Shown: positions 31,631 to 41,700 of the stretch, one piece after another
Layout: each line of letters begins with the position of its first letter
Position numbering within the stretch: the first letter of the stretch is position 1
NCBI GenBank assembly: GCA_019358915.1
Contig: JAHHIM010000055.1
Location: 192,001 to 256,000, forward strand
Direction of reading: 5' to 3'
Length of the DNA stretch: 64,000 bases
DNA from: Trichormus sp. ATA11-4-KO1
GTDB taxonomy: Bacteria > Cyanobacteriota > Cyanobacteriia > Cyanobacteriales > Nostocaceae
Notes under the pieces: generated by a model
Seen by the model: only the letters and a program-made list of their open reading frames with translations
Database searches by the model: none
What the model was told of the DNA's origin: nothing
Program-made: the position numbers and the translations under genes

Positions 31631-32230
31631 TTATTGTACCATCCGGTTAACGTCGTTACTCCAGGTTTGAGTGGCGCTACTTGCAGGACGTGAGGGACGA
31701 GCTGGGGGTTGTGGGACTTCATGAATAACTCCACCTTGGGTGCTAACTTGCACGCAACTGGGCGTAAACAAAAAGATGCTTTCTCCGATGCGCTCTTGAT
31801 GTCCGTCCAAGGCGTAAGTTCCACCTGCAACAAAGTCTACTGCTCGTTGTGCTTGATCCGGGTCCATAATAGTCAAGTTTAAGACCACAGACTTGCGCTC
31901 GCGTAGTGCTTGAATTGCCTGGGGCATTTCTTCAAATGTACGAGGTTCAAGTACTAACACTTCTGAAATACCGTTAATTGCTCCTGGCATATTAATCACA
32001 TTCCCCATCGTAGACTTTGATCCTGCTGCTACATCATCACCCATTGTAGTCATGGGTTCCCGCCAGCGTCGATTTTGAGCGGTTGCTTCTGCTGCTGGTT
32101 GAGAATTTTCTTCTTGATACAGATTTTGGTAGTTACCAGCATCTGTATCGGCTTCTTCTTCGTAGTACTCGTATTCCACCTGCTCATTGAGACCTACAAA
32201 GTCTCGGAGTTTGGTAAATATGTTGTTCAT
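31631..32230 (-). CDS. sepF: Cell division protein SepF
   Basis: Motifs [23 protein letters not shown] and IFLFTP. Confidence 0.96.
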   Translation of the reverse strand: MNNIFTKLRDFVGLNEQVEYEYYEEEADTDAGNYQNLYQEENSQPAAEATAQNRRWREPMTTMGDDVAAGSKSTMGNVINMPGAINGISEVLVLEPRTFEEMPQAIQALRERKSVVLNLTIMDPDQAQRAVDFVAGGTYALDGHQERIGESIFLFTPSCVQVSTQGGVIHEVPQPPARPSRPASSATQTWSNDVNRMVQ

Positions 32231-32592
32231 TTTTACGCTCCTGGTAAAAGTTACCCTTATTGATTTGGCTAGTAGTTAATGTAGCCTGACTTGATAGCTA
32301 CAAGAGCGGACAACTTAGTAATTTTATCGCTGTTTGTAGCCTCTATCACAGCTTGGTTTGATGAACTGACGTTTAGGGAACGCCTGTACATTAACCTAGA
32401 GACAATTAATGAGTCAAGATTATAGCCTAAGTATTGTTGGAAATAAAGTTAACTTTACACCATATTTTTTTCATAGCCAGTTGATCGTAGCATCAACTTT
32501 AATGTATTAAATTATACTAGTATGGTGCGAATATCTCTGTATTCTATCCCCAGCACTATTGATACTCAAGCCAAAAATTGCCGACTCACACC

Positions 32593-33261
32593 CTAAGTGC
32601 GCTCACCAAATAAGATGGTTCCTAATCTTACCATCGTTGCACCAGCTTGCACAGCCAGTTGGTAGTCGCCTGACATCCCCATTGACAGTTCCTGCATTTT
32701 AATGTGAGACCAGTTTTGTTCTTGGATTTCTTCTGCTAATTCATGCGTATTTTTAAATACATTCATAACTTCCGCATTATTTAAACCCACAGGGGGAATT
32801 GTCATCAAACCCTGAATTTGTAAATTTTTACACTGATTGAGAGCGGGTAAGTCAGTTAGTAGTTCGGGGACACTCCAACCCGACTTATGAGGATCAGGGA
32901 GAATTTTCACTTGGAGGCAAACATGAGGACTAACTTCTAGCTGTTGCGCTAATTGATTTAAGCGCTGTGCCAACTTCAAATTGTCTACAGAATGAATCCA
33001 ATCAAATAATTCAATGGCTTTTTTGGCTTTATTGCTTTGCAAATGTCCAATAAAGTGCCAGGTAATATCCGCTAAGTCTTGCAATTCGGCTTGTTTACTG
33101 GCAGCTTCTTGGATACGATTTTCGCCAAAATCACGAATTCCGGCGTGATATGCCGTCCGAATCACCTCAGACGGAAATGTCTTGCTAACAGCAATCAACC
33201 GTACTGAAGGCGGTAGTGAGGCACAAATAGTGGTAATACGTTCGTTAATCGAACTAGTCAT
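32593..33261 (-). CDS. pipY: PLP homeostasis protein YggS/PipY
   Basis: Motifs LIAVSK, DFGENRIQE, WHFIGHLQSNK, LSMGMSGD and VRLGT. ATGA overlap with pipX. Confidence 0.95.
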   Translation of the reverse strand: MTSSINERITTICASLPPSVRLIAVSKTFPSEVIRTAYHAGIRDFGENRIQEAASKQAELQDLADITWHFIGHLQSNKAKKAIELFDWIHSVDNLKLAQRLNQLAQQLEVSPHVCLQVKILPDPHKSGWSVPELLTDLPALNQCKNLQIQGLMTIPPVGLNNAEVMNVFKNTHELAEEIQEQNWSHIKMQELSMGMSGDYQLAVQAGATMVRLGTILFGERT

Positions 33262-33536
33262 TGGAATGTGCGTTGGAAAACACTCTGAAGTAGATCGTAC
33301 TCCTGGGATTGACCACTGCGGCGCAGAGTACGTAAGCGATTTTCCAACAACATTCTAGCTTCAGTACGTCCTATAGACTGAAATTTGATCCCTTTGATGT
33401 CATTTGTGACCAAAAAAAATAACCGTTGGGCATAAAGTGTAGTGAATAGATCCTGGTTCTCGTCAACCATGCAGATCCTATAAAGCAAACCCCAAGTTGG
33501 ATGATTTATGTAAGTTTCTAGGTTTTCTGGGTTCAT
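33258..33536 (-). CDS. pipX: PII-interacting protein X (NtcA coactivator)
   Basis: Motifs ETYINHPTWGLLY, LFTTLYAQRLFFLV and RLRTLRR. Confidence 0.97.
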   Translation of the reverse strand: MNPENLETYINHPTWGLLYRICMVDENQDLFTTLYAQRLFFLVTNDIKGIKFQSIGRTEARMLLENRLRTLRRSGQSQEYDLLQSVFQRTFQ

Positions 33537-33920
33537 TTAATAGTCAAGGTAGGAGTATATATCTTTTTTCGCAGTTAAGTACAAATATTCAGACGATAAT
33601 ACACCCCTTTCACCAGGTTATGAAAACCTTGATCTAGTTGCATATAGGCAGATGAAGCTAGCAGTAGCAACGTAGAACGACACAAGATAAGTAATGACGA
33701 TTTGGCCTTGATGACTTATACTCATCTGCCATTGGAAACCAGGAAAATTTCTTACCCTGATGTTTGAAGTTTCCAGTGGCAAAGGGATATACTCTTTGAA
33801 GTGCCCAAAGGCAAAAGCCAACTCTCATAACTTCTGTTTGCTCTGGCTTTTTTCCATATTGCCACAATTATCGCTTTGTGGAGCAAAATGGCTGGGGGAG
33901 AAAAATTCCCACTCAGCACT

Positions 33921-34838
33921 TTAACCTAGAACTAGTCTTGCTCCCCAAAATAAGGTTAAGATCGCGATCGCTAGCCAGTCTTTTGCTTTTAGCCGTAATT
34001 GGTGCCATTTAACTTGATGTTCATTGGGGCTAGTGAAGCCGCGCACCATCATTGCACTAGCCATTTGTTCTGCTCGTAGTAGTAGATTCTCTAATAATCT
34101 CTCTGCGACTATCATCCAAACTTTGACTGCTCCTTTCAATCCCAGTTTTTTCCAATTAATTGCCCTTGTCATTACAGAACGAATTAAATTTTGCACTTCT
34201 TCTAGGACTAGGGGGATAAATCGCAAGGACAAAGTTAAAGTCAGAGTAATTTCAGTTACGGGTATCTTAAACCTTCGCAGAGGCTGCATCAAGCTTTCAA
34301 TAGCGGTAGTGATTTCTTCGGGTGCTGTGGTGAGGAGATATAGGTTGCTGCTGTAAATTACGGTAAATATGATTGTACTCAAGCGTACTGCCAAATCTAG
34401 AGAACGGCGAGTTACTTTGACTGGCCCTTGATGAAACAAAATGTAGCTATAGTCCTTATTACCACCTGCTGACTCTGTAACAACGTTGGCATTATCTGTA
34501 TTTGCTGGCTGAGTCAAGACTTGTTCGCTCGCTGGTAGGCGCGGCTGATAACTGATCCCCAACCCATCTGGACTGATAGATGCAATAATTAATACAAAAA
34601 ATGACAAAGTTAACAGCCAGCCCATTTGCTGCTGCCACACTCTCCGAGGAATTCTGGCTATTAAAGTAAAAATAATTAATAATACTACCAGCAGTATCCG
34701 CCATTCATTATTAGCAAAAGTGTAGCTAGTTAAAAAGCTCATCAACCAGGCAATCTTGACTCGTGGATCGAGTTTGTGTAGCCAAGTTTGCGGCTGTTCT
34801 AGGTAGAGTCCAAGTGGTAGCGATCGCAATAAGTCCAT
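33921..34838 (-). CDS. ECF transporter transmembrane component T (CbiQ/EcfT)
   Basis: Motifs LHKLDPRVK, TTAPEE, LRFIPLVLEE and AMMVRGF. Confidence 0.92.
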   Translation of the reverse strand: MDLLRSLPLGLYLEQPQTWLHKLDPRVKIAWLMSFLTSYTFANNEWRILLVVLLIIFTLIARIPRRVWQQQMGWLLTLSFFVLIIASISPDGLGISYQPRLPASEQVLTQPANTDNANVVTESAGGNKDYSYILFHQGPVKVTRRSLDLAVRLSTIIFTVIYSSNLYLLTTAPEEITTAIESLMQPLRRFKIPVTEITLTLTLSLRFIPLVLEEVQNLIRSVMTRAINWKKLGLKGAVKVWMIVAERLLENLLLRAEQMASAMMVRGFTSPNEHQVKWHQLRLKAKDWLAIAILTLFWGARLVLG

Positions 34839-34896
34839 GTCTGAGTGCTGCGTGGTAGAAAGTCAGGGCTTTGTCTTAACTATTTTACGAATAAAA

Positions 34897-35093
34897 AGAT
34901 CCCCGACTTCTTAAAGGATGCATCTAGTGCATAGGGGGTCTGACCCCTAATAAGTTGGAGAGGAGGAAGTAATACCAATTCAAAATGAAGAAAGCCAGAT
35001 TTTACAAGGGTTTTTAGTTTTGGTGAAATGGTATTACTTGTGGGGTAAGGACTTTAGTGCTGAGAAAAGCAGGACTAAAGTCCTGACTACAAG
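34897..35093. repeat. Cluster of small palindromic/MITE-like repeats at the left border of the accessory cassette
   Basis: A lone AGATCCCCGACTTC half-palindrome, TAATACCA..TGGTATTA, and AGGACTTTAGT..ACTAAAGTCCT (a related element lies at 50655-50687). Confidence 0.55.
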
Positions 35094-36437
35094 CTAGAAG
35101 TTCTTCTCGACTAAACTTTTTGAATACTCCACAATTGTTTCCACTAATTCAAAATTCAATAAGCCTCCCACGTAGAAGGTTTTGCGTTGACCTTGCATGG
35201 CTTCTAGGCGATCGTAAAATCCCGCCTGCATGGCCTCTGAGGTAACGTGAGGAAAGTAAGGCCACTCATCATAGGTGTAGTAACCATCATCTACCTGCGC
35301 TCCCAAATTCTCTACTGTCTTTTGAATCCCTTGAAGAACATCTGTTTTAGTGATTTTTCCCTGGCTGTCTAGGCGAGTGTAGAAAGCAATCAGGTCATTT
35401 TCAGCAAACTGTTGAGCAATAAACCAGGGATTCCCCACCGCATTTACGGGAATGACATTAGTTACTGGGGTTGGCATTTGCAAATCAGGAATTAGATACG
35501 TAATCAAACTGTAGGGATTGAGAATGATTTGCTCAAATAGGTCTTTCTCTGCTGGCGACAAATCGAGAAAGGTGTTGAGGACATCCAGCGTCAATGGACA
35601 AGCTAAAACCAGATAGTCAAATTCTAAAACTTCTTCATGGGTAACAATCTGGTCAAGAATCTGCTCTTGCTCAGTGAACCGCACTCGCGTAATTGCCCCA
35701 CGCTTAATTTCCTTGATGTCAATATTCAAGCGCACATTTAGCCCCCAAGCAACACGCTCCCAGAAGCGTTGGAAACCATCAGTAAATCGTTTAGGCCAAC
35801 CGCAGCGCAGACCTGCACCGTAAGTAACTAAAGTCCCAAAGGTTTCTAGAGTCATGTATTTGAGGGCATAGGCGGTGGGAATTTCATTTAAGTAGCCATA
35901 GCCCATTGTGGTAATGGGAATTTCCAACAGAGTTTCTAGACATGACAAATCTTTCTGTGCTAACCACTGGGAAAAAGGTTGCGTGAGTTCGGGATGTTGA
36001 CTGATACCAGCAAATCCAGGAACAGAAATAATTGGCTCTAGCCAAAGACGCTCCCACCAAAAGCGCCCAACGGCTGCCAAAAATGTTGCTGGGTCAGTTC
36101 CCTCAGTAACAGCATTCATAATTGAGGTGTAGGCAGGTTGTCCCGGTTGAGATTTAAAAGGATTGTAGACTTGGCCTGGCCCTTCGCTGTAAAGTGAAGC
36201 GCCGACTTCTTCGGCCATTTTCAAAACTTCTTTGTAGGCAGGGGTGAGATAATTTGCACCTAAGTCAAAGGAACGGGAATTGTAGGTAATAGAACAGCAC
36301 AATCCCCCTACCCGGCCAGCTTTTTCTAACACAACTACATTGCGGTAGCCTTGCTTTTTCAAAAAGTAAGCCGTAGATAAACCGGCTGCTCCCGCCCCGA
36401 CAATACAAATTCGTGCATCTTGAGGTAGTTTAGTCAT
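35094..36437 (-). CDS. FAD-dependent protein, polyenoic fatty acid (linoleate) isomerase PAI-like
   Basis: N-terminus RICIVGAGAAGL..LEK..RVGG..FDLGA and C-terminus WPYFPHV..AGFYDRLEAMQGQRKTFYVGG..YSKSLV. Both closely echo C. acnes PAI as I recall it. Confidence 0.75.
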   Translation of the reverse strand: MTKLPQDARICIVGAGAAGLSTAYFLKKQGYRNVVVLEKAGRVGGLCCSITYNSRSFDLGANYLTPAYKEVLKMAEEVGASLYSEGPGQVYNPFKSQPGQPAYTSIMNAVTEGTDPATFLAAVGRFWWERLWLEPIISVPGFAGISQHPELTQPFSQWLAQKDLSCLETLLEIPITTMGYGYLNEIPTAYALKYMTLETFGTLVTYGAGLRCGWPKRFTDGFQRFWERVAWGLNVRLNIDIKEIKRGAITRVRFTEQEQILDQIVTHEEVLEFDYLVLACPLTLDVLNTFLDLSPAEKDLFEQIILNPYSLITYLIPDLQMPTPVTNVIPVNAVGNPWFIAQQFAENDLIAFYTRLDSQGKITKTDVLQGIQKTVENLGAQVDDGYYTYDEWPYFPHVTSEAMQAGFYDRLEAMQGQRKTFYVGGLLNFELVETIVEYSKSLVEKNF

Positions 36438-36499
36438 ACACTGTTGATTTTTAGATAGTAATGTGGATTGGTTGGAAAGTACTGCGATCGCAACGTCTT

Positions 36500-38521
36500 C
36501 TACTGAAAATGCGGATAAACTGCTTCTGTGAATAATTGCTGAATGGCTGGCTGGTTAAGTAGCAATTCATAGTCTTGTTGGACGGGAATATCGTAACTAG
36601 CAGTGCGAGGAGCGATCGCAGATAACCAAGCAGTATGCATTGTGAAGCCAAAATTTAGTTGTGGATGGCTCAACTTGCATATAGGGCCAGCCCCTAATTG
36701 ATCAGCCTGAAAGATCCAAATTTCGTTGTTATTTCCCCCAAATACCGTACAGACGATATAGCCATCTGTGGAACTACCATTACCGTTTAATCTCGGTACA
36801 AACTGGGGTGAACTGATGAAGTGACCGGGGGGTGCATCATAAAAATCTGCCACTTCCATTTTGGTTGTATCTAACCGGAACAAAGAAGAAGGGCGATTGT
36901 GGAATGCTTCTTGTCGTTGCAGTAATTCTTTTAGTGGTACAGCCCGGTAGGGATAGTCTTGGTATAAGTTGTAAATAAACTCAGTCAGCAGTTCTGGCCA
37001 AAAACCGAGAGATTGCCAATAAATATTATCGATTCGCTTGGGAGGCAATCCAGAGGCCAGCTTTTCCTGGTAAGCATAGAACCCTATACCCCAATGACGG
37101 CGAGCATCATAAATGACTTTGGCATCTAGGACTTGTCCTGTCTCGCCGTCTATTTGATAGCGACCTAGACGACCTACATCCATTTGCCCATTAGCCAGCA
37201 TTCCTCCCAACCACAGAGGCGCAGATTTGGGAGCGTCGAATTTTGAGATGTCATACTTGCGAACCCATTCGGCGATATCTGTGGCGCAGAGATGGGCTGC
37301 GTGCATTGTGATTTGACCGTCGGGGTTTTCGTAATTTGTCAAAAAATGTACTGTTTCTAAAGGAATTAAGGATGGGCGGACTACCACAGTATCTACATCT
37401 GCCTTGAGGTCAGCCCGACGCACGATGTAAATGGGGGAATTGGGTTGCTGCGATCGCGTCAGTAATAGCCGCAGGAGGCGCTCAGTTTCTAAACTATCGG
37501 GAACTGGGTTATTGAGGATTTGTTCTGGGCCAATCTTTAGGGAAGTGTCCATCAACACCACGTAATCTTGGGTAACAGCCAACTGATGGATACTTTGTTC
37601 AATTCGCACCGGGGAACCATCCGGTAGCATTAACTGCCAGCGCTGGAGTTTACCTACACCATCCCACTGCACCAGATAAACAAAATCTGGCATGGCAGTT
37701 CCTAACCAATGCTCAATCCAGCTAATCAACGGTTGCCAGAAACTTTGAGCCAACTTCGAGAACATTTTCAAGGGAATCTGCCAGGGATTGTGCTCTAAAA
37801 GTTGAGCGATCGCCCTTAGCAGTTGCTCTAGTTCCTGGGGCAATTGTTCTAGGTCATAAATGAAACGCGCACTTTCGAGAAAATTACCTAGCGATCGCCC
37901 ATAGTTAACTAAGAACACCTCGTTGGTATAACCATCAAAGGTCGGGTGAGATGTACTCAACACCGGGGGGAAAGGATAGGAAAAAGGTAGAAAGGCTTTC
38001 CACTCGGTGTTGGCTCCTACTGGGGTCACTACCTCTAGGCTATTAGTATCAATTTCGTAGGGACGGCCTGCATCATAGGTAATCATTAATCGCTCTTGGC
38101 TGTTTATAGCCGTATTAAAGGCGAGAAAGGCAATATCTACCTCATCTCGCAAGCCCAAGGAAGGGGAAAAACGCAGTAAACCATGATCACGAAATTGATG
38201 AGAGCGATAAGCAAGATTTTTAAAAGTTGCCTGATCTGCATAGTAGCAAGGTGTACGTGCCAGTTTCGTCTTGACAGTAACCTGTCCGGCTTGCCAGTCC
38301 AAGCGGTAAATCATCCCATCACCGTTAAAAATGTGGGTTCCATTGGGATTGGGTAAGCCCCCAGAAGCGACAGTGCCTACAGGTGCAATGATGAACATAT
38401 GCCCAGACAAATCTGTCGGTACATGCCCATAGACCATATTCAGTGGTAAATTCGATAGTTCCTCACGACTGGCAGTCATTGCTGCCTCTGGAAATCGGGG
38501 TTCGGAAATTTCGCGATTCAT
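36500..38521 (-). CDS. Carotenoid oxygenase / lignostilbene dioxygenase (RPE65) family protein
   Basis: NGDGMIYR, DAGRPYEID and SSPQFVP, with four iron-ligand His (TSHP, SIHQ, TVHF, TMHT). The ATG at 38521 is preferred. Confidence 0.88.
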   Translation of the reverse strand: MNREISEPRFPEAAMTASREELSNLPLNMVYGHVPTDLSGHMFIIAPVGTVASGGLPNPNGTHIFNGDGMIYRLDWQAGQVTVKTKLARTPCYYADQATFKNLAYRSHQFRDHGLLRFSPSLGLRDEVDIAFLAFNTAINSQERLMITYDAGRPYEIDTNSLEVVTPVGANTEWKAFLPFSYPFPPVLSTSHPTFDGYTNEVFLVNYGRSLGNFLESARFIYDLEQLPQELEQLLRAIAQLLEHNPWQIPLKMFSKLAQSFWQPLISWIEHWLGTAMPDFVYLVQWDGVGKLQRWQLMLPDGSPVRIEQSIHQLAVTQDYVVLMDTSLKIGPEQILNNPVPDSLETERLLRLLLTRSQQPNSPIYIVRRADLKADVDTVVVRPSLIPLETVHFLTNYENPDGQITMHAAHLCATDIAEWVRKYDISKFDAPKSAPLWLGGMLANGQMDVGRLGRYQIDGETGQVLDAKVIYDARRHWGIGFYAYQEKLASGLPPKRIDNIYWQSLGFWPELLTEFIYNLYQDYPYRAVPLKELLQRQEAFHNRPSSLFRLDTTKMEVADFYDAPPGHFISSPQFVPRLNGNGSSTDGYIVCTVFGGNNNEIWIFQADQLGAGPICKLSHPQLNFGFTMHTAWLSAIAPRTASYDIPVQQDYELLLNQPAIQQLFTEAVYPHFQ

Positions 38522-38738
38522 TATTGATACCCTGGCATTGCAAGCTGATTTGATGTTTTGCCTCAGGTATAACACTAGGTTTTAATTGAGAAGTTGATTT
38601 TTTGCCCTCAAATGCCCAAATATCAACTTTTTCAGGATTTTTAACTATGTAATGTATTCTTCTTGGTGTCTTAGTGCCTTAGTGGTAAAAAATAACTTTC
38701 GCACCACAACGGCACAAAGACACAAAGGTGGAAATCCC

Positions 38739-41700
38739 TTACAACTTAACTGTCTCGGTGAAAATTGCTGCTATTTCTTGCCCTGACTGACAACGGTCAA
38801 GATACATCTGCGCGACTTGATCCCACGGGTTTTGCTGCAAGCACTCTTGAAAACACTCGGCTGCGGTGGCGAATTCTTGTTGTTCGTAAAACGCTAATGC
38901 TGATGCAAATAACTCTAAGGTGGCTGTTTTACCTGCAATAATGTGGGGAAGATCGGCTGCAAATACTTCATGAACAGTTACAGCATTCGTCTTACCCTTC
39001 ACCTTCACCTGACCGACTACACGAATACCATAGCGATCGCGATTTTGTAAGCGCTCAAAAGTTTGGTCGGTAATTAGGAGTGGGGTGTTGAATGTTTTAG
39101 TTAATCCTTCGATGCGTGCTGCTAAATTGACCGCATCACTAATCACTGTGCTATCCATGCGATTCAACCCGCCAACTGTTCCTAAAATTAGCGAACCAGT
39201 ATTAATGCCAATGCCAATTTGAATTGGTAAGTAGCCCCTGGCTTGGCGTTCTTCATTGTAGGTTGCTAAGGTTTGCAACATGGCAATTCCCGCTTGTACC
39301 GCATCATCGGCATCTCCGGCAAACAATGCCATGATGGCATCACCAATATATTTGTCGATAAAGCCATTGTTTTCGATAATTATCGGCTCCATGCGACTGA
39401 GATAGGCGTTAATAAATCGGAAGTTTTCGGCGGGGGTCATGCTTTCTGAAAGGGTGGTAAAGGCGCGAATATCGGTAAATAAAACTGACATTTCCCGTTG
39501 CACCTGATCGCCTAATTGCACATCTATAATGCTTTGTTTATTGAGAAATTGCAGAAATTGGCGAGGGACAAAGCGCTCATAAGCTTTGTTAAGTGCGGCT
39601 ACATCTGTGTATAAACGGGCATTTTCAATGGAAATTGCTGCTTGTGCTGAAAGTAGGTTGAGCAACTCCAAGCGATCAGGGGTAAATGCTCCTGTTGTCA
39701 AGTTATTTTCTAAATACAAAATTCCGGCTAACTTTCCTTGGTTAATTAAGGGAGTACACAGAATTGATCGCGGTTGGTATTGGCGAATGTAGGGATCTTT
39801 GATAAATTCCCCAATTCCTACTGCTTCGTGGATGGCATCGTTGAGGACTACATTGGTTTTAGTGCGAATCACATAGTTAATAATCGCTCTCGAAAGGATT
39901 TGGTTATCTTCAATACTGAGTGATTCCAACACCTGAATAGTATTTTCACCAACAGTTCCCTGAGCTTCAATCAGAAATTTACCTTTGGTTGACAACAGCA
40001 AAAATCCCCGTTGCGCCCCGGCATTTTCCATTAAAATTCGCATTAAGTTAGAGAGAAGTTTATCTAGCTGAATTTCTTCGGAAAGGGTCTGAGAAGCTTT
40101 AATGACTGTCACCAAATCTAATGATTCTGAATGACTACTACTCGTGATGCTGGTCTGGTTAGAACTAGTGGTTGATAAAGTTGATTTAACAGCTTTGTCT
40201 GGATTGCGCGTTAAAATTTCGGGATACTTGGCTTCTAAATCTTTAACTTTGGCGATCGCGCCCCACTGTAAATAAAGATAGCGGGCTTCTTGCAGATAAA
40301 CTTGGGCAATCTTGAATTTGTTTTCAGCCAAGTAAAATTTGGCAGTTAATTCATTGGCTAGAGCCGCTTCATTAAGATATTGGTTTTTTTGAGCTAAGGC
40401 AATGGCTTGATCGTAACAGGCGATCGCTTGACTAGATTTTCCCTGTACCCGATGCCATTCTGCTTCTACCAGCGCTAATTTATGGGTATAGTTGACAGGA
40501 GAAAATTTCGCCCATACTTGCAATTTTTTCTGGTTAGCTGCTACTCGCTGGAGTAGTTTTTGCCGTTCTGCTGCACTGACAACTGAGGCTAAAGCTAGTC
40601 GTCCTAAAGAGTCATAAAAGTAGAACCATCCCACAATATATAAAGCCACAACTGCATCTAAATAAGGAATTGCTAAATCAGCATTCTTGACAGCTGTAGC
40701 ATAATCTTCAAACCAATAATTGAGTGTGAGGTAATGAGTATAAACATAAAAAATAGCTGTGCGATAATTACTCTCGATATGCTGGGGTAACATAACGGTG
40801 GCATCATAAAATTCTCCCACCAATTGACAAGGATTAGCATTTTTTCCTTGTAAATTTGCAACTGCTTGGCGATAAAGTTGAATGAGCACAAAAATCGGTT
40901 TTTTCTTAAACTGCTGAATTGCCTCTCCGTAAATAGCTACACATTCATCCAATTCAGCCAGATTTTGACCAGAAAAATAGGAATGCATAGAGCAGACATT
41001 GGCAGCAAATGCAGCATACTCAGTATCGCCTGTATCCCGCCCAACTTGAAATGCTGCTTGCAGTGAAGGAATCGTATTTTGCAGTGGTTCTTGCCAGTGG
41101 CGGACAAAGGAATTAACTACAAATAAAGTTCTCGCTTGCAGGTGTTTGGCATTAAAACGGTCTAGCAGTTTCAAAGCTAATTCACCAAATTTATATCCCC
41201 CTTGCAAATCCCCAACAACGCCACAGAGAATCAAGCCATAAGTAGCGTAGGCAAAGGCTGATTCCGCCGCATTGCCGTATTTAGCGGATAGTTCTACCTG
41301 TTTAAAAACGGTCAAAGGAAAAACATTCGGGGCTGCTAGGTAGGTGGCCGAGGCGATACTAGCCAGGATGCGAATTGCCGCTAATTTCGTGGGATTGCTG
41401 AGTTCTGGCAATTCAACTAAGGTGTGTACCTGCTTACCTACCAAAGCCAGTTTAGTTTTTAACAATCCCAGCATAATTTGTGGTTGACCGGGGTTGTTAG
41501 CTAAGGGAATGCCCAGCAGTTGCATTACTTGCAGACCGAGTTGAGAAGCTGCCAACAGTTGATCGCGGGCGATCGCCGCTTGGATTTTGATGGCATAAAC
41601 CTGCACCTGATCGATTGTGCTGCGGGTCTTTTGCAGTACTTCTTCTGTGAGTGCATCCATGCGCTCAAAGTCTCCACCCAGATAAGCAGCTTCGGCGGCG

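Noticed and set aside
33664..33677. NtcA site upstream of pipX (GTAGCAACGTAGAA)
   Set aside because: Only one half-site matches the consensus, which is not supportable from sequence alone.
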